Positions 41,021 to 51,466 are shown, counted from the stretch's first letter. The stretch: 64,000 nucleotides of DNA from an uncultured bacterium (GCA_963716985.1 OY970323.1:1280001-1344000), one strand, 5' to 3'. Program-made: numbers and translations. Notes: a model not told the origin generated them from the letters alone.

Positions 41021-41717
41021 TGGTCAACTATCAATTTGTCACACCCCAGGCTGTTACTGCTGATATTGACTTAAAGAACAAAAAGTTAATTTTGTTTTTT
41101 TTCTACGATGGAATCATTACTGATAAATTATTTGACTTAGCAAGTGTTGCGGCTACTGAAGCCGGCGTTTCGCTGCCCGAATATTTTACTGATGATCACT
41201 ATGTTCAATTGGATTATCCCAAAGAAATTCCCATTCAAGGCAAACTTGCTTATTTACGATACGAACCTCATTTACCGAAATTTAAGAAAGAAAACCGATC
41301 TTATCTTCTAAAACAATCGAGGCCATCCGTTGTTCTTCTGCTTGATATGCAAGAAGCTTTGTTGGGAAAAGTAACCCCCTCTTTACGTCGCGCAGCAGGA
41401 GAAGTCGACATCGAAAATAAACGATTGATCTTTTATTTTGTATACGATGGAAAAATCTCTGAAACAGATTATCGATTGGCTACTGCTGCAATTCAAGAGT
41501 CCGGCTCTTCTTTTCCCGGCTATATAATAGAATCTCACATCGATAGAATCGACTATCCAAATGAAAGATCCACATACAAATGTTATGGAGCTTATTTAAG
41601 ACAAGAAGATTGAGGAAGCTCAGGCGAGCCCGGCTTTGCCAGGAGATGTAGGCGCACCTCATGTTTTCTGGAGAAAAATTGAGCGGCTGTCGGGCTGTGT
41701 TCTCTACTGATGGAGAG

Positions 41718-42332
41718 TTAAATTTTCCATGTGCATTGGATCTTTTCGCTTAAGAGCGGATAGAATCGATAAGAAAAGTATGCAAGGAAAAGGGCGTTGA
41801 TCATCTGAGTAGCCATGCACTCTATTTCCGGACGGCCGAAAGAAGCGAAGACAGGCTTTTTCCCTTTCTGAAGAAAGTCTAGTCGCTTCCGGTAAAACTC
41901 CAAGAGAGGAGAAAACATCTCTTCGTTTCCCTGTTTCAACAGAGCATCTCTTCCCATAAAGGAATAAGAAAAGGGAGCATACGCCCAAAAGGAGTTGATC
42001 CAATATCTCCAAAAGATATTGCTTCTTTGATATGCCTTTTTTCCACAGGCTCGATAAAAGCTATTGATTTCTTTAGGATAAAGGGTCTGGGCTTCATGGA
42101 CCATCTCATAAAGAAGGGTATTTCGAGGGAAGCTATGCGCAAGAAAGAAAACGCGATTGGCAAGCCTCGTCTCTTCTTTGCCGCTCGCACGGGAAAAAAA
42201 TTCTCGAATACTCGAGAAGACCCAGAAGACCGCATGCCAAATTTTTTCGATTCCCCTAGAAAAAAAATACATGTTGGAGCTTTTTGCAATGAGCAGATTT
42301 TGAAGATGCAGTGGATTGATCATTGGGGCCAT
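41718..42332 (-). CDS. Hypothetical protein
   Basis: 204-aa ORF, 10 bp downstream of a co-oriented ORF; no recognised motif. Confidence 0.5.
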   Translation of the reverse strand: MAPMINPLHLQNLLIAKSSNMYFFSRGIEKIWHAVFWVFSSIREFFSRASGKEETRLANRVFFLAHSFPRNTLLYEMVHEAQTLYPKEINSFYRACGKKAYQRSNIFWRYWINSFWAYAPFSYSFMGRDALLKQGNEEMFSPLLEFYRKRLDFLQKGKKPVFASFGRPEIECMATQMINALFLAYFSYRFYPLLSEKIQCTWKI

Positions 42333-42342
42333 CGAATGTGCA

Positions 42343-42867
42343 TCACTTCTGTGTTTGCGATGTGTTTGAGAAGAGGGCCGATATTGCTACCAAACAGCCC
42401 AAAGAGCTTCCAACGACCTTATAGATGAGACTTTTGGCTCTCTCTGAATCGCATCTTGGGAGCTGTGGCATGGGGCCAATGCGTAGATTGTCATTTTCGG
42501 CAACCATCCAGCGCGCCTCCCTCCCCTTTTGGATCAGTCGATTATAGGCCAGTGCATACACGTTGTAGAGAAGAGAGCTGGGGGCAAAACAAACAATGTC
42601 TAACACCCCGAGAATCGGGAAGGTGATCAGATATGTAAAATTTTCCCAAATTCTATTACCGAGGCGATTTTCGAGAAAGGAGCGCGCAGCGTTGGGTGCA
42701 ATCATGACAGAAAAAGTCGAACCGTACCGATATCCCCCAGCCGGCGAGTCGCCCCCGCAAACACTCTTTACAATGCGCCCAAGAAGCAAACATTTACGGA
42801 CACAAAGGTCAACACCTGACCAAAGAACTTCTCCATAAAGGCAAGGTAAAACTGCCGGAGTACCCAT
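42343..42867 (-). CDS. Hypothetical membrane protein
   Basis: 174-aa ORF with two hydrophobic stretches; AGGA upstream. Confidence 0.55.
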   Translation of the reverse strand: MGTPAVLPCLYGEVLWSGVDLCVRKCLLLGRIVKSVCGGDSPAGGYRYGSTFSVMIAPNAARSFLENRLGNRIWENFTYLITFPILGVLDIVCFAPSSLLYNVYALAYNRLIQKGREARWMVAENDNLRIGPMPQLPRCDSERAKSLIYKVVGSSLGCLVAISALFSNTSQTQK

Positions 42868-43078
42868 AAACTTTTCCTGACTTTCAAAGAGTTAAGTTTA
42901 GCCGAAGCGGCAAAACAAAACCAGGAATTGCTGCATGACAAACGGGAGTTTTTTTTGAACGTTAAAAATATCGACGCATTTTGTAATTATTTATATCTCA
43001 AGTTTTTAAAAAATTCATAATCTCAGATATTTTATTTTAATTCGAAAAAACTTAAAATGCAAATAAAGAGAGAATTTT

Positions 43079-43516
43079 ATGAAAAAACCCAAATCCTCAA
43101 AGCATAAGCTGAAAGAAGATAAACTGAAAAAAGGCCTCAAAAGATTGATTGATCATTGGGAAAAGTTTCTGGCAGCAAAAAAAGGGCGAAAGAATAAAGA
43201 ATATCTCTTGCAAATCGCAAGAGATATTAAAGAACTGGAAAAGGAGAGCTCTCTTTCTTTAGAGATGCCCGATCTCTATCCTGCCAGTTATTTGATCCAC
43301 CATTTTCTGATCAGTCCTTACGGATCGGCCTACATGACAAACCGCTCGCTGCTCGATGCCGCATTGGATTTTAGCGAGGCCGGAGGCGAAGAAACAAGCC
43401 TCCTTTCTGAAAAAGCTAAAGAATCCGACCTTTCCCATCTTCTTGAAGAGCCCAAGGAGGATCTTCCTATGATCTTTTGGTCGCTCTATGAAATCATCAA
43501 AAAAGAGAAAACCTAA
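43079..43516 (+). CDS. Hypothetical protein with a basic N-terminus
   Basis: 145-aa ORF with AT-rich upstream region. Confidence 0.6.
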   Translation: MKKPKSSKHKLKEDKLKKGLKRLIDHWEKFLAAKKGRKNKEYLLQIARDIKELEKESSLSLEMPDLYPASYLIHHFLISPYGSAYMTNRSLLDAALDFSEAGGEETSLLSEKAKESDLSHLLEEPKEDLPMIFWSLYEIIKKEKT

Positions 43517-46263
43517 AGCGCAAGATCGGCAAAAATCCGCTTCGTCTCTTCCTCGACTGAAAGCTTAAATCCCAATTTTTCGCAAATCTTCTGCATCTCC
43601 TTGTTCTCAGGGAACATAGAAGCTACGATATGCTGCACCTTTTCGTCTTTGGCCACCTGGATGAGCAGTTGCAACAGGCGAAATCCGATTCCCTTTTTCT
43701 GCCACTTGTCTTTGACCAAAATGGCAAAGGTAGCCTCCTCGGTTAAGGGAATTTTGCTCAATCGGCCAATGGCCAATATCTCCTTTTTGCCATCCTTGTG
43801 TTTATATTCGAAAACAAGGGCTATTTCCCGATCATAATCCGTAAAACAGATGCGGATGAGCCTCTCTTTTGCAATAAGCTGATCATATTTCATCTCTTTC
43901 AAGTATCTTTGGAAAAGGGTTCTCTCTGAAAGCTCTTTGAAGAAATCAATCATGAAAGGTTCATCTTCAGGCCGGACAGGACGTATGACCACCGGCGTCT
44001 TGTCCTTCAAAGCCCATTCTTGCACATATTGAACCGGATAGGGCCGAATCGCCAATTGCGGCAGTTTTCCGATTTTTGCCGCATCATGCAAAACAATACG
44101 TGCATCCAGTGCGATGATCTGTTCGGGAGATGCCCATATCGGATTGATATCGCACTCTTCGATCTCCGGGTATTCTGCAATCAGGTTGCTAAAACGAACA
44201 AGAACCTTTTCCAACAGGGCAAGATCGACCGATTTTCTTCCTCGCACTCCTTTCAGAGCATGGTAGATTTTGGTCCTTTCCATCATTCTTTTTGCTAAGG
44301 TAGAGTTCAAAGGAGGCAGAGCAAGAGAGCTGTCCTTAAACACCTCTACGAGCTGCCCGCCCATCCCGAAAAGAAGGACAGGGCCAAACTCCGGATCCAC
44401 CGAGCTTCCTAAAATCAACTCATAACCATTTGAGAGATTGACCATCGGCTGAACAGTAACGCCTTGAAAATCGCTTTCTTTGGCAAGTTTTTTCACCGAT
44501 GCATAGATTTCCCCGTAGGCAGTATACACGGCTTCTTTGTTGTTCAAATGCAGCTTTACCCCCCCAACATCAGTCTTGTGGGTAATGGTCTCTGAAAAAA
44601 GCTTTAGAACTACGGGGAAGCCCATTTTTTCCGCAAGTTTCACAGCTTCCTCTGCATTTTTGGCAATTTCCGTGGGGACAATGGGGATGCCGCAAGCTTC
44701 CAAAACTTTTTTTGCTTCATATTCGGAGAGAAGAACTCTTTTTTCCCCTCTTGCCTTAAGAAAAATCTCCCGGATCATTTTCCCCCCTTGAGCTACCTTG
44801 ATCCGTTCATTTTCTTCTTCATAAAGTGTGGGAGTTTGATAAAGAGCTTTTAAGTTGTCGCTATGCGACCACATATAGCCAAACGTCTTGCAAGCAGCGT
44901 CGGGAAATTCATAACAAGGGATATTATTATCGGTGAGCAGCCGCGTCCCTTGAGCCACATTTGTCCCTCCCATCCAGCTGGCTAAAATGGGCTTATCTTT
45001 TGAACGCCCATAAGGTTTTAGCTTTTCAGCGGTTAAGGTAGGATTGGTCATGTACTGAGGGGTCAAAATGACAAGAACGCCATCCGTTGCGGCATCATTG
45101 ATAGCCACGTCCAATGCTTTGGCATAAAGCTCAGGACTCGCATCTCCTAATATATCGATGGGATTATTGTGACTCCACTCTTTGGGTAAAAAACCGCTTA
45201 GCGTTTCTATTACCTTCGGATCAAAAGTCGTTAGCTTACCACCGCTTTGAATGAGAGCATCCGTTGCAATCACGCCGGGACCACCCGCATTCGTAATGAC
45301 GCTTAAATGAGGTCCTTTTGGCCTTGGTTGTTTGGAAAGAATCTCGGCCATGTTAAAAAGATCTGAAATCATCTCCACGCGAAGCACTCCGACCCGTCTG
45401 AGCGCAGCATTTAACACTTCATTGCTTCCGGCAAGCGACCCTGTATGGGAAACCGCGGCTTTCGCCGACTCTTCGGTCACCCCTGCTTTAATCAAAATAA
45501 TCGGCTTGGCAAGTGCGACTTCCCTTGCAGCAGACAAGAATGATCTCGTATCCCCTACGCTTTCCATGTAGATCAGAATACTATGCGTATTGGGATCGCT
45601 TCCCAAATAGGTAATGAGATCGCCCCAATCCACATCCATCATCGTACCGATCGAGAGAAAAGAACTAAAACCCACTTTTTCTCGCAAGCTCCAATCCAAC
45701 ACGGCAGTGCAAAGAGCCCCGGATTGGCTGATAAAGGCAATATTCCCCTTGAGTGCCATGTCGGCAGCAAAGGTTGCATTCAGGCCCGTCATGGGGTTCA
45801 TCACCCCAAGACAGTTAGGGCCGATAATGCGCATTTTCCCTTTTTTGGCATGCTTCATGATTTGGTGTTCAAGTTCGATGCCGGGAGCCCCGAGTTCTTT
45901 GAATCCGGCAGAAATAATAATTGCGGACGGCACTTGAGCTTTTACGCACTCTTCAATAATCAACGGAACTGCTTGAGCCGGGGTCACAATGACTGCTAAA
46001 TCAATCTTCTCGGGAATATCTCCGATGCTTTTGTAAGCCGGTATGCCAAGCACGTTGTTTCTCTTGGGATTGATCGGATAGATCGTTCCCCCGAAAGGAG
46101 ATCGCATGAGATTCCAAAGAATTGTCCTTCCCACACTATTCTCTCTCTCGGTAGCTCCTATGACCGCTACGTTCTTTGGGGCAAAGAGAGAGTCCAGCTG
46201 TCTTTGTTTTCTATACAAAATGTTCAAAGTAGAATCAAAAGCATATTCCTTCATAATACCCAT
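43513..46263 (-). CDS. NDP-forming acyl-CoA synthetase-like/GNAT fusion (Pat/YfiQ family)
   Basis: [49 protein letters not shown]. Confidence 0.92.
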   Translation of the reverse strand: MGIMKEYAFDSTLNILYRKQRQLDSLFAPKNVAVIGATERENSVGRTILWNLMRSPFGGTIYPINPKRNNVLGIPAYKSIGDIPEKIDLAVIVTPAQAVPLIIEECVKAQVPSAIIISAGFKELGAPGIELEHQIMKHAKKGKMRIIGPNCLGVMNPMTGLNATFAADMALKGNIAFISQSGALCTAVLDWSLREKVGFSSFLSIGTMMDVDWGDLITYLGSDPNTHSILIYMESVGDTRSFLSAAREVALAKPIILIKAGVTEESAKAAVSHTGSLAGSNEVLNAALRRVGVLRVEMISDLFNMAEILSKQPRPKGPHLSVITNAGGPGVIATDALIQSGGKLTTFDPKVIETLSGFLPKEWSHNNPIDILGDASPELYAKALDVAINDAATDGVLVILTPQYMTNPTLTAEKLKPYGRSKDKPILASWMGGTNVAQGTRLLTDNNIPCYEFPDAACKTFGYMWSHSDNLKALYQTPTLYEEENERIKVAQGGKMIREIFLKARGEKRVLLSEYEAKKVLEACGIPIVPTEIAKNAEEAVKLAEKMGFPVVLKLFSETITHKTDVGGVKLHLNNKEAVYTAYGEIYASVKKLAKESDFQGVTVQPMVNLSNGYELILGSSVDPEFGPVLLFGMGGQLVEVFKDSSLALPPLNSTLAKRMMERTKIYHALKGVRGRKSVDLALLEKVLVRFSNLIAEYPEIEECDINPIWASPEQIIALDARIVLHDAAKIGKLPQLAIRPYPVQYVQEWALKDKTPVVIRPVRPEDEPFMIDFFKELSERTLFQRYLKEMKYDQLIAKERLIRICFTDYDREIALVFEYKHKDGKKEILAIGRLSKIPLTEEATFAILVKDKWQKKGIGFRLLQLLIQVAKDEKVQHIVASMFPENKEMQKICEKLGFKLSVEEETKRIFADLAL

Positions 46264-46332
46264 CACGTTTCTTAAAACCCTATATATAGAGATTAATAGA
46301 ACGAGATGCAACCCCAAATTTAAAAGAAAGGA

Positions 46333-46974
46333 TTATCTTTGAATTTTTTTTCCCAAAATCTCTTCGATTCTTTCTTTGGATATAGGCCCTTCTCGAAAAA
46401 GACGCGGAGGGTCATCGGCCAAACTCAAGACGGTCGATGCCTTTTTGCAAAACACCTCTCCTCCATCGATCAAAGCCGCTATCTTTCCCATAAAAGCTCG
46501 ACTGACAGCTTCTGCGCGGCACGCCGGCGGCTGGCCGGAGATATTGGCAGATGTGCCAAGAATTGCTCCTCCCATTTTTTCAATCAAAAAAAGCAGCCCT
46601 GCGTGAAAAGGCATGCGCACACCAACCGTTTCATTCCTTGAGATCTTGGAAGATATGCAAGAAGACTTTTTTAAAACAATGGTCAAAGGACCCGGCCAAA
46701 AAATCTGAATCAACTCATAGAAAGAAGGCGGTATTTCAACGGCGATCTCCTTCACGACAAGGTCGGAAGAGACATGGATAGTCATGGGATGGTTCGGATC
46801 CCTGTTTTTAAGTGCAAAAAGCTTCTCTATTGCATGTTCATTTTGCCAATCGACCCCGAGTCCATAAACGGTCTCCGTCGGAAAAGCGATCACCTCGCCC
46901 TTGAGCAAAAGGGACTTGATTTCTTGAAAATCGACCTCCTGAAGACCTTGGGCTGAAAAAATACGTGTCAACAT
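46333..46974 (-). CDS. tsaC: Threonylcarbamoyl-AMP synthase (TsaC/Sua5)
   Basis: AFPTETVYGL, FWPGPLT, TSANISG. Confidence 0.93.
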   Translation of the reverse strand: MLTRIFSAQGLQEVDFQEIKSLLLKGEVIAFPTETVYGLGVDWQNEHAIEKLFALKNRDPNHPMTIHVSSDLVVKEIAVEIPPSFYELIQIFWPGPLTIVLKKSSCISSKISRNETVGVRMPFHAGLLFLIEKMGGAILGTSANISGQPPACRAEAVSRAFMGKIAALIDGGEVFCKKASTVLSLADDPPRLFREGPISKERIEEILGKKIQR

Positions 46975-47077
46975 GGATGGCGTCCTTGAAGAAGCTGCGA
47001 CATTTTACCCTGAATATTCCTTTGTTGTCCAAAAGAAGAGAAAACTTTATAAAACAAACTTAAAAGGAAGTGTATTT

Positions 47078-47380
47078 ATGAAACCCAATCCCATATTTTT
47101 CATTTTCTATGGCGGCATTGTATTTTTGGATGGCGCTATGGCCTATTTTGCGGGAAGATCGGGACTCATCGAAATCCTCGCAGGCCTTGTCCTTTTCGCC
47201 GCTCTCCCATGGATAATAAAGGAACAGATAGCCGCAGAAGGGCTGGGGCTGGCTATTTCCATCGGTTTGCTGATCTATTATAGCTATTATTTTGCCGCCA
47301 CGACCTATTTTTTTTCCGCAGCGCTTGGGCTTGCGAGTTTCTTTATGAGCCTCTATCTCGTCTTGAAAATCTTTCGCTAA
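47078..47380 (+). CDS. Small 4-TM membrane protein (TMEM14-like)
   Basis: Four hydrophobic segments, YGGIV…GAMAYF…S. Confidence 0.6.
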   Translation: MKPNPIFFIFYGGIVFLDGAMAYFAGRSGLIEILAGLVLFAALPWIIKEQIAAEGLGLAISIGLLIYYSYYFAATTYFFSAALGLASFFMSLYLVLKIFR

Positions 47381-47528
47381 ATAGCTTATATGTAAATCAT
47401 TACATTGTTCCCTTTTCGTTTCTCTCGGGACTTTCATTCTTGAAAAAGGGCCTTGCCGGACGGACAAAAAAAAATCGGACAAATCGTTGACTTGCCCGAT
47501 GAGATCATGCAGATAGAAAAAGGGCCGC

Positions 47529-47666
47529 TTATCTTGAAGCGACTCTTTTGCCTCTTCGAGATTTAGCTTTTCGCTTTACTCTTTTGCAGCTGCGGCAAGC
47601 TTTACGCGCTTTTCTTCGCTTAACAGTACGTTTTTTTGCCGATTTTCTTCCTTTTCTCTTTAACAT
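47529..47666 (-). CDS. 45-aa protamine/histone-like protein (absent from the ORF track)
   Basis: MLKRKGRKSAKKRTVKRRKARKACRSCKRVKRKAKSRRGKRVASR; RBS AAAGGAGG; AT-rich leader. Confidence 0.8.
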   Translation of the reverse strand: MLKRKGRKSAKKRTVKRRKARKACRSCKRVKRKAKSRRGKRVASR

Positions 47667-48051
47667 AGACTTCCTCCTTTAATTTTTTAGAGCTATGTTT
47701 ATAAAAACATCAAAATTTAACAATTTTTCTTTCTTAAACTTAATATATTAAATTTATTATTTATTTATCAACTGTAAAATAAAAACTTACAAGCTTTAAA
47801 ACAATTCCAAATGGCGACAAACGCCTCCAGAGACACCCTTGGGCAAGGTTTTTTAAGATAAATGAATTTTAAAAAAAATTATTTTTTACATAAAAAATAA
47901 AAAAGAATCGAATAAATTTTCATTAAAGATGGTCGAGTTTTTTTAAATATTTTAAATTTTTTAAAAAGTTAAAAAAAACCGATAGTTTCGGTTTGTTAGA
48001 ACCGGAAGACTTTTTTAGAGATAGGCCAAGAACCTGATCCTTACCCACAAG

Positions 48052-51000
48052 TCAATACCCACAACCTAAAAGCGCTCCCGTTAACATGTCTTGCAATCGT
48101 TTATAACCCTTCCAAATCGTTTGCCATCCAGGCTCCCCATCTGATTTGCGCCCTATAAAACCTCCCATACGAGCCAGAGAACGCCAGAAATCTTTCACCG
48201 TTTTCAATTTCACCATCAGATGCCTTTCTATGAGCGTAATCCAAGACTTGGGCACTTTTTCTTCGACCGGTGTTTCCGGAGACAACCGACACCGTTCTCT
48301 CATCGATAAAAGTTGCGTCGCTATCACCCCAATCATTCCAAATAGTGCAAGAATTCGGCTCGCCTGTTTAAGCTGATTATCTTCGATTCGAAAGCCCGTT
48401 TTGACCGCCTTATGATAATCCTCTATAAGCCAGCGTCGGCGGTAGATCCTGACGATTCTTAGGGAGTCTTCTTGATTGTTGACAGGAAGATTGGTGAGTA
48501 GAGGAGCGGATTGCTCCGCTCCCCCCTCCTCAGAACCAGGACTTGCAGGTTTCCCGCATCCGGCTCCCGAACAGTCCTTTTAGGTTTTGATTACCTTAGG
48601 AGTTCCTATGATGCATTTGATTTTCCACTTCATTGGAAAGCCCACTTTTTCCAGAACTTTCTCGAATTTCTCCCAACTCATTTTCTTTCTGCCACCTTTC
48701 CTGTTGATCCATTTGAAGATAGCTCTTTCGCATTGGAAGATAAATCCGTTTACCGCTCTAGAGTTGTCGGTCACTGCATGATAGTTGATCCACCCTTTGA
48801 TGATTGGCAGTATCTGTTGAAACATTATCAAGGTTTTCATGGCTTTATTCTCTTTCAGAAATTTTGATAATCCCTGAAGTTTCGAGTGCTTCCGATCTCC
48901 TCTGCTGCGGACTTTTAATCTCCAGAAGTTCCCTTTCTGCGCTTTTTCCCAGAAGAAGGTAAATCCCAGAAATTTGAAAACAGGCAGCTTTTGTTTCTTG
49001 GCCGCCATTTCTGCTATTCTTTTCGATCCCGAGGAGTGCAGATGCGACTTGTCTTCGTGAACCGCAAGTCCATATTTCTGCAACCTTTGGGTAAACGCTC
49101 TATAGAACCTTTCCGCATCTTCACTGCATTCGAATACAAATACCATATCATCGCAGAAACGAATCGGAAAGATCTTTCCCTTGAGATATGTTCGAATGGA
49201 TTCTATCCAACTATCCACCACTTCATGTAGGTAGATATTTGATAAAATCGGTGAAGTGACCGATCCCTGTGGGCATCCGACTAAATTCTTTTGCACTACC
49301 CCATCGTTTGTGATGGTTTCTGCTTGCAACAGAATATGTATCAGCCTCAGGAATTTTGGATCGTTGATTTTCTTCTGTAGTATAGCCTCCATTTCCATAT
49401 GTGGAATAGAGTTAAAATACTTCCGAATATCAATCTCCAATAGAGCGCCATCTTTGCACTCGTATACTGCTTGGTGCAAAGCGGTAATAGCATCATGGCA
49501 GCTTTTCCCGGGCCTATATCCAAAAGAACTCGGCAGAAAGAGCGGTTCATAGATTTTGTTCAAAATCTCTCCCGCTGCCATCTGCACCAATTTGTCCTCT
49601 ATGCAGGATATTGCCAGAGGTCTTTTGCCTCCATCTGCTTTGGGTATTTCAACTATCTTTGATGGTTGTGGCGCATATTGCGCCCGATGCACTTTCGCAG
49701 CGAGCATTCGGAGATTTTCCTCCAGATTTTTGCCATATGCTTCTTTTGTTATACCATCAATTCCTACAGCTTTAGTTCCATCAAGCTGTGCAAATGCTCT
49801 CATCAGCATTTCCTCGTTGATAAGATGTCCCAGATTATTGAACACCAGATCATGATTTCCTGCCGAAAGATCTCCTATACGATCCAGCTTCATTGACACT
49901 GTATATCTGTCTTTGCTGTGTACAGACATTGTTTCCACCTTTTCGTTCGTTTCTGTTCTATCCACCCTTTGCTCCCCGATCGTTACTCGGTTCCTCGCTA
50001 CTATGGTGGACTCCGCCATCCTTATCCCATCTTTGCAGTCTTACGTTCATGGCGCTTGAACCACAAATACTCCCTTCGGAGAGCAATAAGGACTTCCCAA
50101 GTTCCGTCACACTTCTCTACAAGCTCGCCAATGCTTAATATCCCGGTGCTTGATGATCGCAGGGTTTCGCCATTTTGACCCGCTTCCCATCTGTTGCCTG
50201 CTCCTAATACGAAAGTTTCGGCTTGCACGATATACCTCTCGAGACTTAACGCATTCACCTCACGGTTTTGGCTCGAATGTTTCGCTATCTACGCTTCAGC
50301 TCTTTTGTTACCTCCGGAGTTGCAAGATTCGCTACATAATGTGGTGGCTATCCACTTTTTATGCCTGGACTTTCACCAGTAGAAGTGCGCAGCTTCTCTT
50401 GGCGCACCGTAACCAATAACCATTCTAACCTGGGCCTATCGGGACACCACACTCGAATATACGTCACTTCTTCACCTGCTGCAGAACACCCATTTCCTGG
50501 AGGAAACAGCTTCGCTTTGACCCAAGTTATTTCTAGTGTCACTTCACCACCAAATTCTTCGCCTTTTGCCTTCATATACAGCGCGGATGTGCACTTGGCT
50601 GTCTGTTGACGAATCCATGAAAAAAGACGTGTCTTCTCGCCATTAATCTCGACTTTGCGATCATGTCGCGCCCGCACTACATATTTCCACCCAAGCCTGT
50701 TTGCATTATTCAGAAAATCATAAATATCATTGGCGCGATCGCCAACGCTCACCCAGTTCTCCTGAGGGCGCCCCATTTTCTCTAACGTCCTCAGCCACAC
50801 CTCAGATTCCTTCGAATCACTCGCCGATTTTTCTTCGGGCCGCACCCAAGCCTCCTGGTAACCAAGTCCCAAAATTTCGGTTTCTTCAGATTCATGATAT
50901 TTGGCGACCAGGCATGAGTGAAACATGAGTCCATTTCCGTTACTGTCGGAAGTTGGTCCAAGTCCATGTGTCCATGGATGGGAATTGAACAAAAGTTCTG

Positions 51001-51274
51001 AGCCATCCTGAATGAACAAGACAGTCTCTTCCGAGAAGCGGGCCTTTTCCAACACCCGATGCCAGTGGGGCTGTTGAAGCGCCTGATGCGTGATTTTGGG
51101 ATTACTAAAAAAGCGATACGTCGCTTTGAGATCTGCCCAATCTTCAAAGCGTCCCGCTAATGACTTTTCAGGATCTTCTGCGCAGCCTATTGCAATATCA
51201 ACAGCTCTCTTCTGCAAACGAGGGTCACCTACATCGATCTTGGCAAATTGGTCGTACATCCATTGTTCTTTCAT
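48052..51274 (-). CDS. IS50-like transposase, 435 aa after intron removal (exons 51274-50408 and 48492-48052)
   Basis: GDPRL, IQDGSEL, VGDRANDI, junction WLLVT|NLPV, YRRRWLIEDYHK, GGFIGRKSDGEPG. Confidence 0.9.
48493..50407 (-). mobile_element. Group II intron, 1915 nt
   Basis: 5' GTGCG; domain V GAGCCGGATGCGGGAAACCTGCAAGTCCTGGTTC (48566-48533); domain VI with bulged A; 3' end CTCACC. Confidence 0.95.
48580..49929 (-). CDS. Group II intron reverse transcriptase/maturase, no endonuclease domain
   Basis: AVGIDG, IPKADGGKRPLAI, SFGYRPGKS, GCPQGS, RFCDD, FLGF, domain X GWINYH. Confidence 0.95.
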   Translation of the reverse strand: MSVHSKDRYTVSMKLDRIGDLSAGNHDLVFNNLGHLINEEMLMRAFAQLDGTKAVGIDGITKEAYGKNLEENLRMLAAKVHRAQYAPQPSKIVEIPKADGGKRPLAISCIEDKLVQMAAGEILNKIYEPLFLPSSFGYRPGKSCHDAITALHQAVYECKDGALLEIDIRKYFNSIPHMEMEAILQKKINDPKFLRLIHILLQAETITNDGVVQKNLVGCPQGSVTSPILSNIYLHEVVDSWIESIRTYLKGKIFPIRFCDDMVFVFECSEDAERFYRAFTQRLQKYGLAVHEDKSHLHSSGSKRIAEMAAKKQKLPVFKFLGFTFFWEKAQKGNFWRLKVRSRGDRKHSKLQGLSKFLKENKAMKTLIMFQQILPIIKGWINYHAVTDNSRAVNGFIFQCERAIFKWINRKGGRKKMSWEKFEKVLEKVGFPMKWKIKCIIGTPKVIKT

Positions 51275-51466
51275 GATACCTGCTCCTTCTTGAAAAACGG
51301 AGCACATGATACTAAATTTTAGACTTGTGGGTAAGGATCAGGCCAAGAACCGCATACATCACCGGAAATGCTTGCCAGCGCCGCAAATCCATCCTTTTCG
51401 CTCAGGGGCGGCTCACAGGCCAAACCTTAAGACGAAAAGAGACAGGGAAATACTTCCGGGAACAAT

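Larger units (their letters stand above)
39137..41048 (+). mobile_element. 1912-bp IS, probably Mutator-like (p-MULT)
   Basis: Perfect 14-bp TIR TGGGGTGTGACAAA; 9-bp TSD GGCTGTTAC at 39128-39136 and 41049-41057. Confidence 0.9.
39054..41613 (+). pseudogene. Putative cognate immunity protein (212 aa, two internal repeats) interrupted by an IS
   Basis: Joining 39054-39136 to 41058-41613 gives an intact 639-nt ORF MLSPLNTLLLDIQGALINAVAPSLRAVTADID…. Confidence 0.8.
48034..51341 (-). mobile_element. IS4-family, IS50/Tn5-subgroup IS carrying a group II intron
   Basis: TIR CTGATCCTTACCCACAAGT at both ends (similar to the Tn5 outside end); 9-bp TSD GCCAAGAAC at 48025-48033 and 51342-51350. Confidence 0.95.

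Noticed and set aside
48580..50019. Retron, DGR or defence-associated reverse transcriptase
   Set aside because: Domains V/VI, the GTGCG start, the maturase domain and precise exon rejoining identify a group II intron
50348..51307. Track ORFs 50348-51307 and 48052-48336 as separate truncated transposases
   Set aside because: They are the two exons of one gene; the tail VRQEK… is intron sequence
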